A stretch of DNA of 64,000 nt from a virus, in the IMG/VR virus record IMGVR_UViG_3300046694_000196, positions 1-64,000 of that record; one strand, written 5' to 3'. This document shows positions 38,633 through 49,956 of the stretch, piece by piece. Within the stretch, counting starts at the first letter, position 1. Every line of letters starts with the position of its first letter. A program made the translations under genes and the position numbers. The notes below the pieces were generated by a model. That model did not search any database and had not been told where the DNA came from. It was given only the letters and a program-made list of their open reading frames with translations.

Positions 38633-39280
38633 ATGAAGCTATCCGACGAGACTCTCAACATCCTGAAGAACTTCGCGACGATCAACAAGGCGATCGAAGT
38701 GAAGGCCGGCAACGTGCTGGCAACTATCTCTCCCGCGAAGACCATCTTCGCCAAGACGACCGTCCCCGAGAACTTCGAAGTCGGCTTCGCTATCTACGAG
38801 CTACCGAAGTTCCTGGGCGCACTCAGCCTGTTCGGCGAGCCCACGCTGGACTTCAAGGACAAGTACGTCACCATCTCGGAGGGGTCGACGAAGATCCGAT
38901 ACACATACTGTGACCCTTCTACGATCGTCACCGCGCCGTCGAAGGAGATCAAGCTCCCCGACGTCGTCGCTTCCTTCGACGTCAAGTCGTCGAGCATCGC
39001 GGCGCTGATGAAGTCCCTGGGCGTCCTCGGCCTGCCTGAGATCATGGTGCACGGGGACGGCACTGCTATCTACCTGTCGGCGGCCAACTCGAAGAACCAG
39101 TCAGCCGACGAGTTCTCAGTGAAGGTCGCGGACTCCGAGGCGGAGTTCAAGGTCTACTTCAACAAGGAGAACTTCAAGCTCCTCGACCGTGACTACGAGG
39201 TCTCTGTGTCCAAGTCAGGCCTCGCGGAGTTCAAGTCGGGCGACCTGAAGTACTTCGTCATCGGGGCCGCTAACACGTGA
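38633..39280 (+). CDS. gp45: Sliding clamp
   Basis: MKLSDETLNILKNFATIN, FAIYELPKFL; upstream of gp44. Confidence 0.93.
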   Translation: MKLSDETLNILKNFATINKAIEVKAGNVLATISPAKTIFAKTTVPENFEVGFAIYELPKFLGALSLFGEPTLDFKDKYVTISEGSTKIRYTYCDPSTIVTAPSKEIKLPDVVASFDVKSSSIAALMKSLGVLGLPEIMVHGDGTAIYLSAANSKNQSADEFSVKVADSEAEFKVYFNKENFKLLDRDYEVSVSKSGLAEFKSGDLKYFVIGAANT

Positions 39281-39412
39281 ACCGAGACGAGCTGAACTTC
39301 GTCGTAGAGTTCATTGACGCCATGGCCTCCCGCGGCGCGATCCGCGGGAGCGAACTGCTGAACGTGGGCTCCCTGCGTGCGCGGGCGCTCGAAGACATCA
39401 TGGAGATGAACG

Positions 39413-40372
39413 ATGGAACTGAGCCAGGACCTGCGGGACATAGTCTGGGTCGAGAAGTACAGGCCGCAGACGATCGAGGACTGCATCCTGCCGGAAGCCC
39501 TGAAGGAGACGTTCCGGGGCTTCGTGAAGAAAGGGAACCTGCCGAACTTGCTCCTGCACGGCGGCCCCGGCATAGGAAAGACTACGGTAGCGAGGGCGAT
39601 GCTCCGTGAGCTGGACTCCGACTACATAGTAGTCAACGGGTCCCTCAACGGCAACATCGATACCCTCAGGAACGAGATCAAGGACTTCGCGTCGAGCGTG
39701 TCCCTGTTCAAGGCCGGCCGCAAGTACGTCATCCTGGACGAGGCCGACTACCTGAACGCCAACAGCGTACAGCCCGCCCTGCGCAACTTCATGGAGGAGT
39801 ACTCCAAGAACTGCGGCTTCATCCTGACGTGTAACTACAAGAACCGCATCATCGAGCCCCTGCACTCCAGGCTGGTCGGAGTAGACTTCTCTTCTTCCCC
39901 GAAGGAAGTGGACCAGCTCAAGTTCCAGTTCTTCAAGAGACTCAAGTTCATCCTGGAGAACGAGCGTGTCGCCTACGACAAGGCGGTGCTGGTCGAACTC
40001 ATCAAGAAGCACTTCCCCGACATGCGACGGGTCATCAACGAGGTCGAGCGGTACTCGGCCAACGGCGCGGTCGACTCCGGCATACTTGTCAGCCTGCTGG
40101 ACGACAACTTCGCGCGCCTGGTATCTGCACTCAAGGACAAGAAGTTCAACGAGATGAGGAAGTGGGTCGCAGAGAACTCACACCTGGACACCGCCGACGT
40201 CATCAGGAAGGTCTACGAGGCCGCTGACGGGCTTATGACTCCCCAGAGCATAGCGGCTTTCATCATCCTGGCACAGAAGTACCTCTACCAGTCGGCGTTC
40301 AGCTCTGACTCTGAGATCACGACCAGCGCCTTCCTCACAGAGACGATGATCGAGACGGAGTGGCTCGCGTGA
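39413..40372 (+). CDS. gp44: Clamp loader large subunit (AAA+)
   Basis: WVEKYRP, GGPGIGKTT, ILDEAD, PLHSR, FPDMRR. Confidence 0.96.
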   Translation: MELSQDLRDIVWVEKYRPQTIEDCILPEALKETFRGFVKKGNLPNLLLHGGPGIGKTTVARAMLRELDSDYIVVNGSLNGNIDTLRNEIKDFASSVSLFKAGRKYVILDEADYLNANSVQPALRNFMEEYSKNCGFILTCNYKNRIIEPLHSRLVGVDFSSSPKEVDQLKFQFFKRLKFILENERVAYDKAVLVELIKKHFPDMRRVINEVERYSANGAVDSGILVSLLDDNFARLVSALKDKKFNEMRKWVAENSHLDTADVIRKVYEAADGLMTPQSIAAFIILAQKYLYQSAFSSDSEITTSAFLTETMIETEWLA

Positions 40373-40507
40373 TCAAGCGGTGCCTGTACTGCAGGAAGAT
40401 GCTGTGGAAGAAGTACGACGAGCTGCGGCTCGCGACTGCCGACGGCGAACGGGTATCGTACCTGTGCCTGCCACACGCAGACGAGATGATGAGGGAAGGA
40501 GACACCG

Positions 40508-40897
40508 TTGAGCAATCCGTTCGAGTGGGCCGCGGCGATGGGGACGACGAAGAAAGACCTGATCCGTTCGGCGACTGACCCAGAGGCTGCCGAGAAGTCC
40601 TACCCGGCCTTCATGGTCAACAGGGCTTTCTCCTACTACGCCGACACAGTGCTCCACGCCCAGGAGATGAACCGCGCCGGCGAGCTGCCCAACCTGATGC
40701 AGCACGACTACTACCTCCATTCACTCCGTGCCAAGAAGCGTTTCGCGAAGTGGCACAAGGCCGAGAAGGACGAGACCGTCGACCTGATCGCGCGGGCGTA
40801 CAGTATAAATATCCACGACGCGAGGGTCTACCTCTCGTTGATGTCGCCCGAAGACATCGAAGCCGTAAGAACAAGAATGGACACAGGCGGTCGATAA
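40508..40897 (+). CDS. gp62: Clamp loader small subunit
   Basis: FMVNRAFSYYADT..AQEMN, RAKKRFAKW; between gp44 and regA. Confidence 0.9.
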   Translation: MSNPFEWAAAMGTTKKDLIRSATDPEAAEKSYPAFMVNRAFSYYADTVLHAQEMNRAGELPNLMQHDYYLHSLRAKKRFAKWHKAEKDETVDLIARAYSINIHDARVYLSLMSPEDIEAVRTRMDTGGR

Positions 40898-40898
40898 C

Positions 40899-41297
40899 AT
40901 GCACAACGACGTCTTTCGCGGGCTCGGAGTAAAGGTCACTCTGAAGGACCCCCAAGACTTCCTCAAGGTGATGGAGACACTGACCCGCATCGGGTTCGCT
41001 TCCAAGAAAGACAACACCCTCTACCAGTCCTGCCACATACTGCACAAACAGGGGCAGTACGCCATCATCCACTTCAAGGAGCTCTTCGAGCTGGACGGGA
41101 GGCCCTCTGAGGTCACCGAGTCCGACCGCGAGCGGCGGAACGCGATAGCGCACCTGCTCCACGAGTGGGGCCTGGTGGAAGTGGCTGCCGGCCAGGACGT
41201 CTCGGCCCTCGCCCCGATGTCACAGATCAAGGTCGTGGCGTTCAGGGACAAGAAGGACTGGAACCTCGTGGCGAAGTACTCCGTCGGGAGGAAGTGA
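40899..41297 (+). CDS. regA: Translational repressor
   Basis: FLKVMETLTRIG, LYQSCHILHKQG.YAIIHFKELF. Confidence 0.95.
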   Translation: MHNDVFRGLGVKVTLKDPQDFLKVMETLTRIGFASKKDNTLYQSCHILHKQGQYAIIHFKELFELDGRPSEVTESDRERRNAIAHLLHEWGLVEVAAGQDVSALAPMSQIKVVAFRDKKDWNLVAKYSVGRK

Positions 41298-41415
41298 CTT
41301 GCTCATCGGGATACCAGTCTTGATACTGTTCGTCGCGCTCGTGGTCACCAGGTCAAGAAACAGTTGACATTTCTCGACATCCGTGTAGAATGGGACCATC
41401 ATAGGAGACCGTGAC

Positions 41416-41922
41416 TTGAAAGTTAACATCGGGAAATACCCAGGTCCGAAGTCAAAGAAAGACCGCAAGGTCTCGGTCCGTATCGACTACTACGACGTAT
41501 GGTCCCTCGACCACACCCTGGCTATCATCATCCACCCCGCGCTGCTGAAGCTAGCCGAGCACAAGCACGGCTCTCCCTACGTCCCCGACGAGGAAGTCCC
41601 GGAGCACCTCCGACGATCCTCCGCCCCTCCCGTCAAGAACGACTGGGAGACCGACGAGAACTTCCACAAGCGGTGGGACTGGGTCCTCCAGGAGATGATC
41701 TGGGCGTTCGGGCAGGAGATCGCTGAGCCCCACTGGGAAGAACAGTTCCACAGCGGCACGCACGACATCCAGTTCAAGGACAACGGCGACGGCACCTCCA
41801 CCATGGTGAGAGGCCCGCGGGACACGCACGGCTTCGACAAGGAGGGCTGGAAAGCCCACTCCGCTCGCATGGAGAACGGCTTCAGGCTGTTCGGCCTGTT
41901 CTACAGAAACCTATGGGACTGA
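41416..41922 (+). CDS. Conserved-looking hypothetical phage protein
   Basis: 168 aa, TTG start with AGGAG; TTGACA promoter upstream. Confidence 0.65.
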   Translation: MKVNIGKYPGPKSKKDRKVSVRIDYYDVWSLDHTLAIIIHPALLKLAEHKHGSPYVPDEEVPEHLRRSSAPPVKNDWETDENFHKRWDWVLQEMIWAFGQEIAEPHWEEQFHSGTHDIQFKDNGDGTSTMVRGPRDTHGFDKEGWKAHSARMENGFRLFGLFYRNLWD

Positions 41923-41923
41923 C

Positions 41924-43859
41924 ATGAGAAAAGTTGAACCGTACCAGATATTCACGCTGTCGTCGAGCTATGCAGGAGACAAGGGAGTGTCCTTCTCTGT
42001 CTCGAGACTCAACGTTTCTGAAGTCTTCGACAGCGCAGCCGACGCATTGAACGCTATTGACTTGGAAATCGACGAAGTTTCTAACTTGTTCGAGCTGCTC
42101 AGGTTGAGCACCAAAGTCGCGGCTTCTTCACATCGTGGAACGGCCAACACAATAGCCACGAACAGTTCCATGATAGCAGACCTGCTGAAGATGCTGGTAG
42201 AGAAGACCAAAGGACTCCCTTTCTCTGCCTGGAAAGTGTGGTACGATGAAGAACTCGAGGGTACCTACCTCTACTACACCGGCTCTCATGCATATGACGC
42301 CGCGGTTCTGGAACAGAATGCCGGGCAGTTCGTCTTACACCCTGACTGCGAGAAGTACGTCAGGAAGATAGTTTTCAAGTGATGGAGAACGTTTGATATG
42401 TGCACAGTTAGCAACATCGGAGACTACGGCCGCCGTGAGTGGGACGAGTGGATCAAGTACCCTGGTAAGCTCAACCCGGTACCAGGCTACTACCCTCAGC
42501 CGGTAGTCACTCCCCCGAAGGACATCACCCGCGAGGAGTTCGAAGCACTCAAGAAGCGAGTCGAGGCCCTCCACGAGCTCCTCCTCGCAGCCAAGAAATA
42601 CGACGAGCAGACAGATCAGCCACACTGCGAGGCGGACGACAAAGTCGCGGTAATCAAGAAGATAGCCGAGTACTTCGGCGTCGACATGAAGGACGTCTTT
42701 GATCATGATTGACCCTTTCAACAGCATCGCCCTGTCTCTATTGCTGTCTCTGACAGCCCCGTCAGCGCCGGCTGTCCCTGCACAGTACGCGTCCGTCGCG
42801 GAGTGTCACGCGGCCGGGCTGATGACTGAGGTCGAGTTCGTGCGCGCCAACCCGCGGGCGATCGTCATCACGAAGGTCGACATCAAGGACCCCACCTTCA
42901 AGACGGTCGTCGAGAACATGCTGGAAGTCATGAAGACCCCGCCGGCCTTCGCGTTCGACGCGATCATGGTGCTCGGACCGAGAGACGGCAGCGACGCGAA
43001 GAAGGCCTTCATCTTTTCCAGGAACGACTGCGTCCTCGACATGGTGCCCTTCGACGCACAAGAAGTCAGGGCCATCCTCGGCGAAGGCGTATAAACTTTC
43101 TTGAAAATAGTCGTTTACATTCCCGCAGAACCGTTTATATTCTAACCATAGACGGCAACACGGAAAGGAACCGATTATGGAAAAGATCACAGCTTTCGAC
43201 AAGAAGAACCTCACCTCTCTCCGCAAGGAGATGGACGAGCTCCTGTCCAAGTACGGGCAGACCCTGAACCTCAACTTCCAGATCGGGTCGATGAGGTTCG
43301 GCCCCGGAGAAGTAGAGATGAAGGTGACCGCGAAGGTCGTCGGCGGCAAGGACAAGTACGCCGAGGCACTCGACTTCCACATCCAGATGCCCTGCTGGGG
43401 TAAAGACGGCAAGATAGTGGCCGCGAAACTCGCGGACGTCATCACCCTCAAGAACGACAAGGGCGACGAGCTCGTCGGCTACAACGGCAAGAAATACTCC
43501 AAGCCGTACATCTTCAAGTCGGGCCTCGACGGTAAGTCCTACGTCTGTGACGAGCGTTACGTCCTCCACTACTTCGGGAAGAAGCAGGCTTAAGGATAAA
43601 TACTTCGAGAACAACGGAGTCGCACATGGCCTGGAAGCCGAGAGAAAAGACGCCTGAAGAGAAGGCGAAGGAAGACCGTGAACACAAGGCCCGGACGGCC
43701 TTCTGGGACACGATCAAGAAGCACGGCATAGACCACTTCAAGAAGCAGGGCCTCAGCCACCGAGACATACAGGCCAAGGTCACTGCCGACGAGATGGCGA
43801 AGCGGCGGGTGTCAAACGCCGCGCACAACATAAGAGTCGCCAAGGGCGAGAAGAAGTAA
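41924..43859 (+). other. Run of hypothetical ORFs (41924-42382, 42398-42712, 42699-43094, 43177-43593, 43626-43859)
   Basis: Consecutive ORFs with RBSs; early promoter near 43110-43140. Confidence 0.6.
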
Positions 43860-43864
43860 TCGAG

Positions 43865-43886
43865 GCCCCGGAAACGGGGCTTTTCT
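43865..43886 (+). terminator. Intrinsic terminator
   Basis: gccccg-gaaa-cggggc then tttt. Confidence 0.8.
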
Positions 43887-44105
43887 AGTTGACATCCGAG
43901 TCGTGAAGATATACCATGCATTCTCAATGGAGTGAAAGATCATGAAAACCTGGGAAGAAGGCGCCCGAGCCGCCTACGAGGGCAAGGGAGACTGGGAGTG
44001 CCCGTACCCCGTCGTTGCTGACGTGGCGCGCTCCTCGTGGATACTTGGCTGGCGCGCCGCCCGTGAACGCGTCATCCTGGACAGGCTCTCGCAGGAGTTC
44101 AAGAA

Positions 44106-45098
44106 GTGAGGGTGCTCTTCGAGACCGTCTTCGGCTCCCGTCTCTACGGCACCGAGACGCCTGAGTCTGACTACGACTACAAGGGCGTCTACGTGCCCTC
44201 TCCCGCGGAGATACTCCTGCCCAGGACGCCCGACGTCAAGACATTCAACACCGGCTCGAAGACCGAGAAGAACACCTCGGAGGACACGGACCGAGAGCTC
44301 TACTCCCTGCACAAGTTCTTCGACATGCTCGCCAAGGGCGACATGAACGCGACGGAGCTCCTGTTCGCTCCCCACGACGGCTCGTGCCTGGACTGGGAAG
44401 TCATCGTCGACAACCGGAACCGCCTCCTCTCGCGAGAGTGCAAGGGCATGGTCGGCTACGTGAAGCGACAGGCTAACGTCTACAGCGTGCGCGGCGACCG
44501 ACTCAACGAGGTCAGGCAGACCTACGATTTTCTCTCCTACCTGGGTGACGCCTACCTCTACACCGACAAGCTCGAGAGCGTCCCGGGCATCGTAGAGAGG
44601 ATCGTCGACTTCTGTGAGGGCAAGTCACACACCTCGTGGGAGTTCATCGACAACCAGGGCAAGTCTGTCTTCCACCTGGTCTGCTGTGACCGGAAGGTCC
44701 CCCTGACCGTCACGCTGGGCAACGCCATGAAGGTCTACATGACGGTGTGGGAAGAGTACGGCGCCAGGGCCAGGAAAGCGGCCGAGAACGACGGCGTAGA
44801 CTGGAAAGCAGTGTCCCACGCAGTGCGGATCGGCGAGCAGGCCGTCGAGCTCCTCATGACCGGCGAGATCACCTTCCCGAGACCCAACGCCGAGAGACTG
44901 AAGTCGATCAAGCGGGGCGACGCCGACTACGCCGAGGTCACTGCCGAGCTAGACTTCCTGCTGTCCTCGATAGAGCAGCTGGCGACCAGTTCTACCCTGC
45001 CCGAGAAACCAGATCGAGAATACATGGCACAGCTGGTGCACAACTGCTACAGCCGAGAAGTCACTCGTGAAACTGTGAAGAGAGGAGTCCTGCTATGA
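44106..45098 (+). CDS. Pol-beta superfamily nucleotidyltransferase (RlaP/YcgL-like)
   Basis: FGSRLYGTETPESDYDYKG motif; WKAVSHAVR. Confidence 0.8.
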   Translation: MRVLFETVFGSRLYGTETPESDYDYKGVYVPSPAEILLPRTPDVKTFNTGSKTEKNTSEDTDRELYSLHKFFDMLAKGDMNATELLFAPHDGSCLDWEVIVDNRNRLLSRECKGMVGYVKRQANVYSVRGDRLNEVRQTYDFLSYLGDAYLYTDKLESVPGIVERIVDFCEGKSHTSWEFIDNQGKSVFHLVCCDRKVPLTVTLGNAMKVYMTVWEEYGARARKAAENDGVDWKAVSHAVRIGEQAVELLMTGEITFPRPNAERLKSIKRGDADYAEVTAELDFLLSSIEQLATSSTLPEKPDREYMAQLVHNCYSREVTRETVKRGVLL

Positions 45099-45969
45099 GC
45101 AGCGCGAGGTTTTCTAAAGAGCAGTTGAAGGAGGCCGCGCTGAAGATGAACGCACGTCACACAGAAGTTACGGGAAAGCTCACACGGGCAGTCACCGATC
45201 GCGAATACTGCGTGAGGAAATTCCCGTGGGTCTTGAAGGCGAAGCGGAAAGTAGCCGACCTAGACGAATGGCTGCGTAACTGGAGCCGTGACGGCCTACG
45301 TCCCGCCCAACTCGTTGCAGAGGGCCTCATCACCGAAGAAGAGAGACAAGATTTCTGGCGAATGCCGCGTCGCATCCAGCGCATGCTCGAGTACCTAGAC
45401 ATGGCCGAGAAATCGATGGACGGCGTAGTCGTCCTAGACGACTACGAATTCCACCCGTTCAAGGACTACCTATGAGCAAGAAACTCAACCTAGACTGGCA
45501 GCCGATCACCGAGGACATGCTCCCTCAGAACGCGACCTACGTGCACCCGTTCGTGCCGAACATGACGAGCGAGTTCAAGTTCCGGGACGTCGTCTACAAG
45601 CACGTCTACGTCCGGCGGCTCCACCGCGTTGACGGCAAGCTCACCGACCTCGTGGCCCCTCACGTAGAGATGTACCGTCTCGGGGCTGGCTGGCTACAAG
45701 TGTCCGTCAAGGAATTCCTCGCGGAGTGCCTGATAAGGCCCGACCCGTTCGACGGCGCCCGTTACAACGCGTGGATCGACGACCTGAAGCCGGGTGACTT
45801 CGTCCGCTGCAAGGGACAAAGGAACCCCAAGCTGTGGAAGAAAGTCATCATGATCAAGGAGCACTCTATCGTGTCGATACAGTACACGCAGCCCGTGGAC
45901 GACGACAAGTATTGTCAGGGCTCCGCGTCAGAAAACTACATCTGGTTCGTCCGGGAGAAACACTCGTGA
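45095..45969 (+). other. Two hypothetical ORFs (45095-45475, 45472-45969)
   Basis: Coupled ORFs. Confidence 0.6.
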
Positions 45970-46198
45970 AGTCACTTATCTTCTCTGCCATCGCAGTCCT
46001 GGCCTTCTGGGTCTTCATCACGGCCGGGCTCGGCATCACCGTCTCCAGCTGGCCCATCGCCATAGGAGCGTACGTCGTCATGCTGGTCGCGAACGTCCTC
46101 GCCACGGCTACGGTCAATCGCTAACTTCAGGAAAGAAGGGTTTACATTCCTGAGGAAAGTGATATAATGTCTCCATCAGCAACGAAAGGAGACTGCAC

Positions 46199-47158
46199 AT
46201 GGCACACCAGCTTGAACTCATCGACGGACAGGCCTCCATGGCCTACGTCAACACGGAAACCCCGTGGCACGGCCTCGGCTTCTCTGTCTCGGGAGACCTC
46301 TCCCCGGACGAGATCATGAAGGCCGCCCGGCTCGACTGGAACGTCGAGAAGGTGCCGCTCTTCGCGGAACACAACGGCAAGCGACTCCCGACGGGTCGAT
46401 CGGCACTCATCCGTGACCGGGACGACAAGGTCCTCGACGTCATCTCGGCCGGGTGGGAGCCCTGCCAGAACTCCGAGGCCTTCGAGTTCTTCTCGGACTG
46501 GGTCCGCGAGGGCGACATGACCATGGAGACGGCCGGCTCCCTCTACGGCGGGAAGACGGTCTGGGCGCTCGCCAAGATCAAGGACGGCGCCTTCGACGTG
46601 GTCAAGGGCGACACGACCGAGAGCTTCCTGCTCTTCTCGAACCCCCACCAGTACGGCCGGTCCATCGAGGTCCGCGCGACCAACATCCGGGTGGTCTGCA
46701 ACAACACGCTGACCTTCGCCCTCTCCAAGAAGGCGAACAGCATGATCCGCCTGAACCACTCGAAGAAGTTCGACGCCGAGATGGTCAAGGAGACCCTGGG
46801 ATACACCAGGGCCAAGACGGAGCTCCTGCGAGACCAGGCCCGCTTCCTCGCCACGGCCAAGTGCACCCCCGAGCAGGTCCACGAGTACATCTCGCGGCTC
46901 TTCCCGATCGGTGAGGGCGCCAAGCGGCCCGACCGGACGTTCTCTAAGCCCGGCCAGGTCGTCTTCGACGTGGTCGACACGCAGCCCGGAGCGGACCTCG
47001 CTCCCGGGACGTTCTGGAACCTGGCCAACGCGGTCAGCTACAGCACGGACCACATCCTCGGCAACGGCGTGGACAGCAGGCTCTCGTCTGCGTGGTTCGG
47101 CCGCTACCAGGCCAAGAAGATCGAAGCCCTGCAACTCGCCCTCGAGATGGCGGCGTAA
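46199..47158 (+). CDS. DUF932/DUF945-family protein
   Basis: PWHGLG, ETAGSLYGGKTVWALA, NIRVVCNNTL, TFWNLANAV; own early promoter. Confidence 0.85.
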   Translation: MAHQLELIDGQASMAYVNTETPWHGLGFSVSGDLSPDEIMKAARLDWNVEKVPLFAEHNGKRLPTGRSALIRDRDDKVLDVISAGWEPCQNSEAFEFFSDWVREGDMTMETAGSLYGGKTVWALAKIKDGAFDVVKGDTTESFLLFSNPHQYGRSIEVRATNIRVVCNNTLTFALSKKANSMIRLNHSKKFDAEMVKETLGYTRAKTELLRDQARFLATAKCTPEQVHEYISRLFPIGEGAKRPDRTFSKPGQVVFDVVDTQPGADLAPGTFWNLANAVSYSTDHILGNGVDSRLSSAWFGRYQAKKIEALQLALEMAA

Positions 47159-47868
47159 GGAGACGACAAGTGTTCAAGTGGAGAGAATTCGCGGACTGGG
47201 TAGCTACCCAGTCCGGACCGTACGACTACGTCAGCAACGACAGGTGCGCGCTCGGGCAGTTCTTGATCGCCCGCGGGTATACACAAGACGGCGACCACGC
47301 CGTGGGCGGCTGGACGTTCGACGTCCATGATGTCGTCTATGCGATACCTGAAGACATCATCGACGCCCTGGGAAAGAGTCGCGCCCAAAACTTCGAGAGT
47401 CTCTATGCGCGGCTGATTGGACCGTGCGCACGCCTGCTCGACGAGACCGTCGAGGTACTGACGTACGGCCGATGATGGAGGCAGGACAGACCGAGCTGAT
47501 GTCCCAGCTCACTGACTCTATGCGGTTCCTGGGCCACCTCCGGGACAGACACCCGGAGGTGGCCCAGTACTACTTGGAACTGAGCGAAGTGATACTCATG
47601 CTCACTTCGCTGGCCCGCTCGATTTCTCAATCTTAGGTTGACAAATCAGCTCGACTGGTATAATATGCATAAATACTGACACAACAGGGAGGACGACGCC
47701 GATGTCTTGCATCGCGACTGTAGACCGTTTCATTTCTGACAGGGTCAAGAAGGGCTCCCTCACCGTCACAGACAAGTACCGCTTCGAGGACTACGACAGC
47801 GCGATAGAGTTCGCGCGGGCCCTCAAGAGAGTGGACAGACGCGTCATCAACTACAGGATAAGAGAACT

Positions 47869-48135
47869 ATGAAGGTCGGCTTGAAGAAGACCGTGGACGT
47901 AGACGTGACCACGATCGACATGTACCTGAAGCTCCGAGACGAGATGGCCTTCCTGCTGAAGGACTCCGACGGAGAGACAGTGCTGGACTACGAGGGCTAC
48001 GTGCCGAACAGCATCATCCCGGGTGAGTTCGGTGACTACATGCACCTGGTCATCGACATCGAGACCGGTCAGATCACCAACTGGAAGAAGCCAACAGCGA
48101 AGGACGTCCAGGACCTGATCGAGGAGAACTCCTGA
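47869..48135 (+). CDS. Hypothetical protein
   Basis: YEGYVPN..PGEFGDY..L.IDIETGQITNW. Confidence 0.6.
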   Translation: MKVGLKKTVDVDVTTIDMYLKLRDEMAFLLKDSDGETVLDYEGYVPNSIIPGEFGDYMHLVIDIETGQITNWKKPTAKDVQDLIEENS

Positions 48136-48450
48136 TCACTGCGGCGGGCCCGGGTCTTCACTCGGGCCGTCGTCTTTCCCGAAGTCGTACGACCTCTTGA
48201 CGTTCTCGATCTCTTCGCGACCCTTCTGCCAAGACACCGCGCCCAAGATGGCGCCGATCGCCAGGTAGAACGTGCCTGAGCCGTCCATCGTGAGCGGCAC
48301 CCACGGCGCTATAGCTATCCCCGCCTTGATCATCCCCAGTACTATGCTGGGAGCGACCACGAAGTCGAACAGGATGATCACCACGAACGCCCAGGCTATC
48401 GCCGCGCGCCAGTGCTTCACGAATGCGTTCTCTATGTCTCTCTTCTTCAT
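48136..48450 (-). CDS. Putative holin (GTA 3TM-holin-like)
   Basis: KHWRAAIAW..FDFVVAP..W.PLT..G.GTFYLAIGAILG pattern; two to three TM segments; ATAAATA late-like box upstream. Confidence 0.7.
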   Translation of the reverse strand: MKKRDIENAFVKHWRAAIAWAFVVIILFDFVVAPSIVLGMIKAGIAIAPWVPLTMDGSGTFYLAIGAILGAVSWQKGREEIENVKRSYDFGKDDGPSEDPGPPQ

Positions 48451-48468
48451 AGGATATTTATCGACTTG

Positions 48469-49956
48469 ATGGAATTTTACACTCACGCTGCCCAGTGGGG
48501 CGGCAAGGTGCGGGTCCGCGGCTGGAAGAACGGCCGCAGGTTCCAGGACTCGATCCCGTACAGGCCCTACCTCTTCACTCGCTCGAAGACGAACGAGCCG
48601 ACGGGTTACGTGACTCTCCGGGACCAGCCAGTCGACCGAGTCCAGTTCGACTCGATCTATGACGCCAAGGAGTTCGTGGAGCGGTACAGAGACGTTCACA
48701 ACTTCGAGGTGTACGGCTCAACTAACTGGCCGTACGCCTACCTCTACGACGTCTACGGCCGCGGCATGGAGTACGATGCCAAGCAGGTCTCGGTCGTCAA
48801 CGTCGACATCGAGGTCGGCGCCGACGAGTTCCCCGACCCGTGGAAGGCCGACTGGCCGATCACGGCAATCACCCTCGAGAAGAACAAGAAGTACGTCTCT
48901 TTCGGCCTGATGCCCTACGTCCCCGCGGACCCCGAAGACGTCTACGTCATGTGCGAGTCCGAGGAGGACATGCTCGAGCGGTTCATCACGGCGTGGCTCA
49001 ACTTCGACCCCGACGTGGTCACGGGATGGAACATCGACTACTTCGACGTGCCCTACCTCGTCAACCGCATCAGGAAGCTCCTGGGTGACGACTACGCTTG
49101 CATGCTGTCTCCCTGGAAGAAGATCAAGGAGAGCACCGTCTTCTACCACGGCTCCAACAAGACGCTTTACGACCTGGTGGGGGTCACCTCCCTGGACTAC
49201 CTCCCCCTCTACAAGAAGTTCTCGTTCTCTAACGAGGAGTCCTACCGCCTCGACAACATCGCGTTCGTGACAATCGGCGAGAAGAAGCTGGACTACTCAG
49301 AGTACGAGTCGCTCAACGACCTCTACAAGAACAACTTCCAGCTGTTCATGGAGTACAACCGTCGCGACGTCGCGCTGGTGTCTAGAATGAACGACAAGCT
49401 CGGGTTCATCGAGCAGGTCTTCGCGATGGCCTACGACACGCTGGTCAACTTCTCAGACACGTTCACGACCGTGAAGTTCTGGGAGATCATCTGCCACAAC
49501 TACCTGCTCGACCAGGGAGTAGTCTCGCCCCAGAAGAAGCACTCCATCAAGGAGAAGCAGATCGCGGGCGGGCACGTCAAGGAGCCTATCACGGGTCGGC
49601 ACGAGTGGGTGGCCTCTTTCGACCTCGACAGCCTCTACCCCCACCTCATCATGCAGTACAACATCAGCCCCGAGACGCTGGTGGACCGCCTGGACGAGCT
49701 CCCGTCTGAAGAAAGCTCAGTGGACCGGATACTCAACGGGTTCATGAACGAGGAGCGACTCGCGCAGCTGCGGGAGGCAGACCTCTCCTTGACGGCCGGA
49801 GGCGCCCTGTACTCGCGAGCGAAGCGGGGCTTCGCGGCGGCCCTCATGGACAAGTTCTACGAGGACCGAAAGAAGTTCAAGGGGATGATGAACGAAGAGA
49901 AGAAGAACCTCGAGGCCATAGAGGCCGAGATGAAGAGACGAGGACTGGCGCTGTGA
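48469..49956 (+). CDS. gp43: DNA polymerase, N-terminal half (exonuclease + palm motif A)
   Basis: DIEV exo I, GWNIDYFD exo II, YNRRD exo III, SFDLDSLYP motif A; stops in the fingers region. Confidence 0.93.
   Translation: MEFYTHAAQWGGKVRVRGWKNGRRFQDSIPYRPYLFTRSKTNEPTGYVTLRDQPVDRVQFDSIYDAKEFVERYRDVHNFEVYGSTNWPYAYLYDVYGRGMEYDAKQVSVVNVDIEVGADEFPDPWKADWPITAITLEKNKKYVSFGLMPYVPADPEDVYVMCESEEDMLERFITAWLNFDPDVVTGWNIDYFDVPYLVNRIRKLLGDDYACMLSPWKKIKESTVFYHGSNKTLYDLVGVTSLDYLPLYKKFSFSNEESYRLDNIAFVTIGEKKLDYSEYESLNDLYKNNFQLFMEYNRRDVALVSRMNDKLGFIEQVFAMAYDTLVNFSDTFTTVKFWEIICHNYLLDQGVVSPQKKHSIKEKQIAGGHVKEPITGRHEWVASFDLDSLYPHLIMQYNISPETLVDRLDELPSEESSVDRILNGFMNEERLAQLREADLSLTAGGALYSRAKRGFAAALMDKFYEDRKKFKGMMNEEKKNLEAIEAEMKRRGLAL

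Noticed and set aside
39277-39609. 110-aa ORF overlapping gp44 by about 200 nt as a dual-coding region
   Set aside because: Only the first ~45 codons look like a real small protein; the remainder reads as gp44 off-frame sequence
40804-40811. TATAAATA inside gp62 as a late promoter for regA
   Set aside because: It falls within coding sequence (YSIN codons) of an early operon; possible but unsupported
437-47475. Possible paralogy between 437-718 and the ORF near 47170-47475 (DY.....C..G motif)
   Set aside because: Similarity limited to a few residues; not supportable without alignment statistics
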